A stretch of 64,000 bases of DNA from the human T2T-CHM13v2.0 reference genome, Homo sapiens. A program made the position numbers and the translations under genes. Shown piece after piece: positions 56,185 through 64,000 of the stretch. The notes below the pieces were generated by a model. The model ran no database searches, was not told the DNA's origin, and saw only the letters and a program-made list of their open reading frames with translations. Every line of letters starts with the position of its first letter. Position 1 is the stretch's first letter. The stretch lies in NCBI RefSeq assembly GCF_009914755.1, contig NC_060938.1; one strand, written 5' to 3'.

Positions 56185-56640
56185 TACATTTGTAAAGTTA
56201 AATATGCATTTATCCTCTGACCCAGCAATTCCACATCTAGAACTCTACTCCAAAGATAGGCTTGTACAAATACAAAATAACATATGCATAACGTTATTCA
56301 TCGCAGCATTATTTATGATAGCCAAAAAAACCTGGAAATAACCGATATGTCCATCAATAAGAATCTGTTTGAATAAGCTATGACACATCCAATCGGTGGA
56401 GTGCTATGAAGCTATGAAAAGGACTGAGGAGACTGCTTGCTGTATCCTGATATGGATCGTCAAGTGAAAAGAGAAAGTTAAGGAACACTGTATATACTTC
56501 CTTTCGTGTAAGAAAAGGAGCAGATACTCTGTTTATTTGTATAGTCAAAAATAAACAATAGAAAGTATCATTAAAGTGCACCAGACTTAAGTGCCTTCTA
56601 ATGTGATGCAATATGAAGTATTTTCCAAAAAAAAAATCTG
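56185..56640 (+). mobile_element. Old L1M 3'-end fragment
   Basis: tgacccagcaattccacatctagaactctac...ttcatcgcagcattatttatgatagcc...ctggaaataaccgatatgtccatcaata. Confidence 0.6.
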
Positions 56641-56989
56641 AACTAGAATCTAATAAAGCTTTTAGATACAGCTTCCAGCCTAAAAGAAGTATGGGGAAAG
56701 GATGCACAAGTTAATGAGAAAAGACACTGAGGAACCAAACCCAGAAGGTGGTACGGCTGTAGGAAAATAAGAAAACTAATCCATATAACAAACAAATGGC
56801 ACAAGAGAGAAGGGAGAGAAGCTATTCTAGAGTAAAACAGACGTAAAGTCTTAAGAGGCGTTAACAACGAATTACGGTGCTGAACAAACCAACTATAGAA
56901 AAGACATTTTGAGATAATCAAGGAATCTGACTACAGACTGACTACTAAATGAGGCTGTACTGCCAAAACACAATTCCAAGAGAGAAGGA

Positions 56990-57740
56990 ATCTGCGCGTG
57001 GAAAGCCCAGGCCCCTTGCCCACTGCGAGGAGCCAGAACGTCCCTCCACAGCCGCGCCGCCCCTGGCTCGACTTCCCGAGCGAGAGCCGCGGGACGTTGC
57101 AGACGCACTGGCTCCGCCTTCCCACCAATCTCGACCCTCGCCGCGTTCCGTTCGTGCGTGGAGCAGTCGGGGCTGGAGGCGAGGCCGCCGGGCGGGCAGG
57201 GGTTGTGGCGCGGCAAGCGGCGGGCCAGCGACGGCGCGAATGGCGGACTCTCAGCTGTTCTGTGTGGCGGAGGAACGCAGCGGCCACTGCGCCGTGGTGG
57301 ACGGAAACTTCCTCTACGTGTGGGGGGGCTACGTGGTAAGGGGAAGAGGCGGGACGGGGTAGACTCGCGCCGGGAGACCCTCGGCCTGAGCGGACGCAGC
57401 GCCCGCCACACCCGCTCCCGAGGCTGCGGCCCAGGCCTGGCGCGCCCGGCGCCTGCAGCCCCCCAGCCCCTCCGCTGGCCGCCGCCCCCACAGCCGCGCC
57501 AGGGCTTGACGTCGTCCCGCCGTTGCTTCTTCTATTAAAGCCTCAGACCCGGCTCCGGGCCTCTTAACACTCTCCGCCCCTCTTTGCCAGCAATTCAGTA
57601 ACCACGGTTTGCCCAATGCAAAGGCAGTTACAGCGCGATTAATTATTATCCTTAAATACTGGCGCAGACCTAGAAGGACCCGAGGACGCCGTGCTGTATC
57701 ATTTTGTATATATTTCCTTATTCCCACGGCGCGATTCGAA
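56990..57740. promoter_or_regulatory. KLHDC1: CpG island / KLHDC1 promoter and exon 1
   Basis: High GC and CpG density; CCAAT near 57125; several GGGCGG/CCGCCC boxes. Confidence 0.85.
57240..57335 (+). CDS. KLHDC1: KLHDC1 first coding exon (MADSQLFCVAEERSGHCAVVDGNFLYVWGGYV), kelch-domain cullin-RING substrate receptor; no further exon recognised in the window
   Basis: Kelch repeat signature R-S-G-H...LYVWGG; donor GTG|gtaagg; 96 nt; matches the recalled KLHDC1 N-terminus. Confidence 0.93.
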
Positions 57741-57801
57741 ATAAAATATCGAAATCACTGAAGCATTTAAATATTTATTTTATTTTCTTTTTCTTTTTTT
57801 T

Positions 57802-57838
<37 letters not shown>

Positions 57839-58484
57839 AGACGGAGTCTCGCTCTGTCGCCCAGGGCTGGAGTGCAATGGAACGATCTCAGCTCACCGCA
57901 ACCTCCGCCCCCCGCCCCGGGTTCAAGCGATTCTCCTGCCTCAGCCTCCCTAGTAGCTGGGCTTACCGGCATGTGCCATCATGCCTGGCTAATTTTGTAT
58001 TTTTAATAGAGACAGGGTTTCCCATGTTGGTCAGGCTGGTCTTGAACTCGCGACCTCAGGTGATCCGCCCGCCTTGGCTTCCCAAAATGCTGGGATTACA
58101 GGCATTAGCCACTGTGCCTGGCTTGCATTTTAAATATTTCTAAGCTATTTTTAGTGGCGTTTCTTTACTAATGACTATTTTTTCTAGTCTCAAAATAGAC
58201 GCATGTTAGCAATAATATGCTAAGAAATATTATGCTTTAAAATTCTTACTACAATGGAGGTTTGAGCGTATGTGTGTGTTGTGTGTCCATAATCACAGAA
58301 TTATAGAAGCAAGAATGGTAAAGCTGGAAAACAGGAATACTATATGCCAACCCTCTTAGTTTACAGATTTTTTTTCTTAAGCCATCTGGAAGTTCTACTG
58401 ATAGTAGAACCTACATCTTCTGTCTCCCTACCATTATGTGACAGACCTGTAACGTGACTGAATCATATTGAAATGACCAACATA

Positions 58485-61730
<3,246 letters not shown>

Positions 61731-62268
61731 TACTGTGTGTGTTAAATAATTCTCAGATTCAAGTTGGTTTTTGTTGTTGTTTTGTGTGTTTATTTTTAAT
61801 TTGGTTCAGTACCAGTAGAGGAAAATTAGAACTAACTTTTGAGTGCTTACTACATCTGGCATGTGCTAGTTACTGTCACATCCCTAATCTTATATATTCT
61901 TACTATATTCCTGTAAAGTACGTAATATCCCTATTTTATAAATAAGGAAAAGGAGTCGATTAGAGTAAGTAACTTTAATGGACATTTCACCTCAGGGGCA
62001 GCAGATACCAACAGACGTGTATAGGATTTCCAAAGGCAACTTTTTAGTGATAAACTAAATTAGGTGATTGTGCTTTATGAGTGTCTGATATTTCCACCGT
62101 TTATTCTTGATGCAAAGAGTCTAGATATAAAGGTGGCTATATGCACAAGAAATAAATTTTGATTGTTTTGAGTTCTGCCACCTGTAGAGGTGTCTGCTCT
62201 ATTCTTGATGTTGTAAAAGTTAAGTGAAAAATTCACTTAAAACAGCAATCTGTAATATATCTGTATAG

Positions 62269-62523
<255 letters not shown>

Positions 62524-62526
62524 TGA

Positions 62527-62946
<420 letters not shown>

Positions 62947-63061
62947 TAATTGATAAGATCATACTTCTTGACGAGCGTGGTGGCTCACGCCTGTAATCCC
63001 AGCACTTTGGAGGCCGAGGCGGGTGGATCACGAGGGCAGGAGATCGAGACCATCCTGGCTA

Positions 63062-63266
<205 letters not shown>

Positions 63267-64000
63267 TCACAGTTCTTCAGGTGGCAGTTATTGAATTGAA
63301 ATACTTCTTTTTCTCCTGTTTATTAATTCAGTCAGTAGAGATGCTGTAAGAACCACTCTGGAAAATACAACACAGATGTAGATCCTGAGTCTACTACTTT
63401 TTTAAATTCCAGGGATTATCAGCAGTCAAGAAGTGTCTAAGGCATAAGTGGAAGGAAAGGGAGACTAGGAGGCAAAAAAGAAGCCATATGGGTAGTATAG
63501 GCTTTAAAAAAAAAAAAAAAGAGGACATGGCATATCCGGAGAAAAAGTAGAATTCTTCTAACAATTATCTTATTCCGATCGTTCTAAACAAGATAGTTAA
63601 AAGGCCCTGGGATCTGGTGGTATTCCAGTACTCAGTAGTTAAGTATAATGATCAGATAGTTCTAGATTATATATTCCAGTCACAATTTTCCTCTTCATTG
63701 ATACAAACAATGTATTAAAATGGACAAACATATGTTCTAAAGCTCACCGATATCTGTCTAAATTACTGATTTCTCCATTGTCAAACATATTCTGAAGGCC
63801 ATTATATTAGTATCTGAAAATAGCCACCCCCAGAGGTAAGAGTGATAATATCAAAAAAGTAAATGGTCGATTCTAATTGGTATCAGAATATGATTTTCCT
63901 CTTAGTTCTACATCCTTTCCACATTACAGAAATTCACACAGACTTTGGTGCTACTGCAAGGAACATTAAAAGTTGTGAATAGCTTTTCCAAATTTAGGGG

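Noticed and set aside
56893-57727. Long overlapping minus- and plus-strand ORFs (126-186 aa) over the KLHDC1 island
   Set aside because: Expected from stop-codon scarcity in GC-rich DNA; no recognisable domain. Only the kelch frame has a splice donor and homology.

Overview
Primate (human-like) genomic DNA, very rich in Alus (about 70 Alu copies or fragments, roughly 30% of the window). The main content is the complete POLE2 gene (DNA polymerase epsilon subunit B/p59) on the minus strand. I reconstructed 19 coding exons by hand from ATG 52249 to TGA 7869; they total 1584 nt (527 aa + stop) with every splice phase consistent. About 5 kb away, divergently oriented and on its own CpG island, is the first coding exon of KLHDC1 (+). 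POLE2 intron 8 (28719-29150) is a U12-type AT-AC intron that also contains a second ATATCCTT donor motif and a nested GT-AG (U2-type) splice-site pair. POLE2 introns carry three retrocopies: a full-length STK16 processed pseudogene (intron 3, antisense), a 5'-truncated SNRPG (SmG) retrocopy with its poly(A) signal in sense orientation (intron 7), and a U6atac snRNA retrocopy (intron 1, antisense). The rest is Alu, L2, MIR, L1, MaLR and DNA-transposon fossils (Tigger1, Tigger3, MER6, MER1, MER3, MER20). Nearly all ORFs in the supplied track are Alu-derived or chance ORFs. Gene and repeat identities come from recalled sequences, not database searches; repeat boundaries are approximate.
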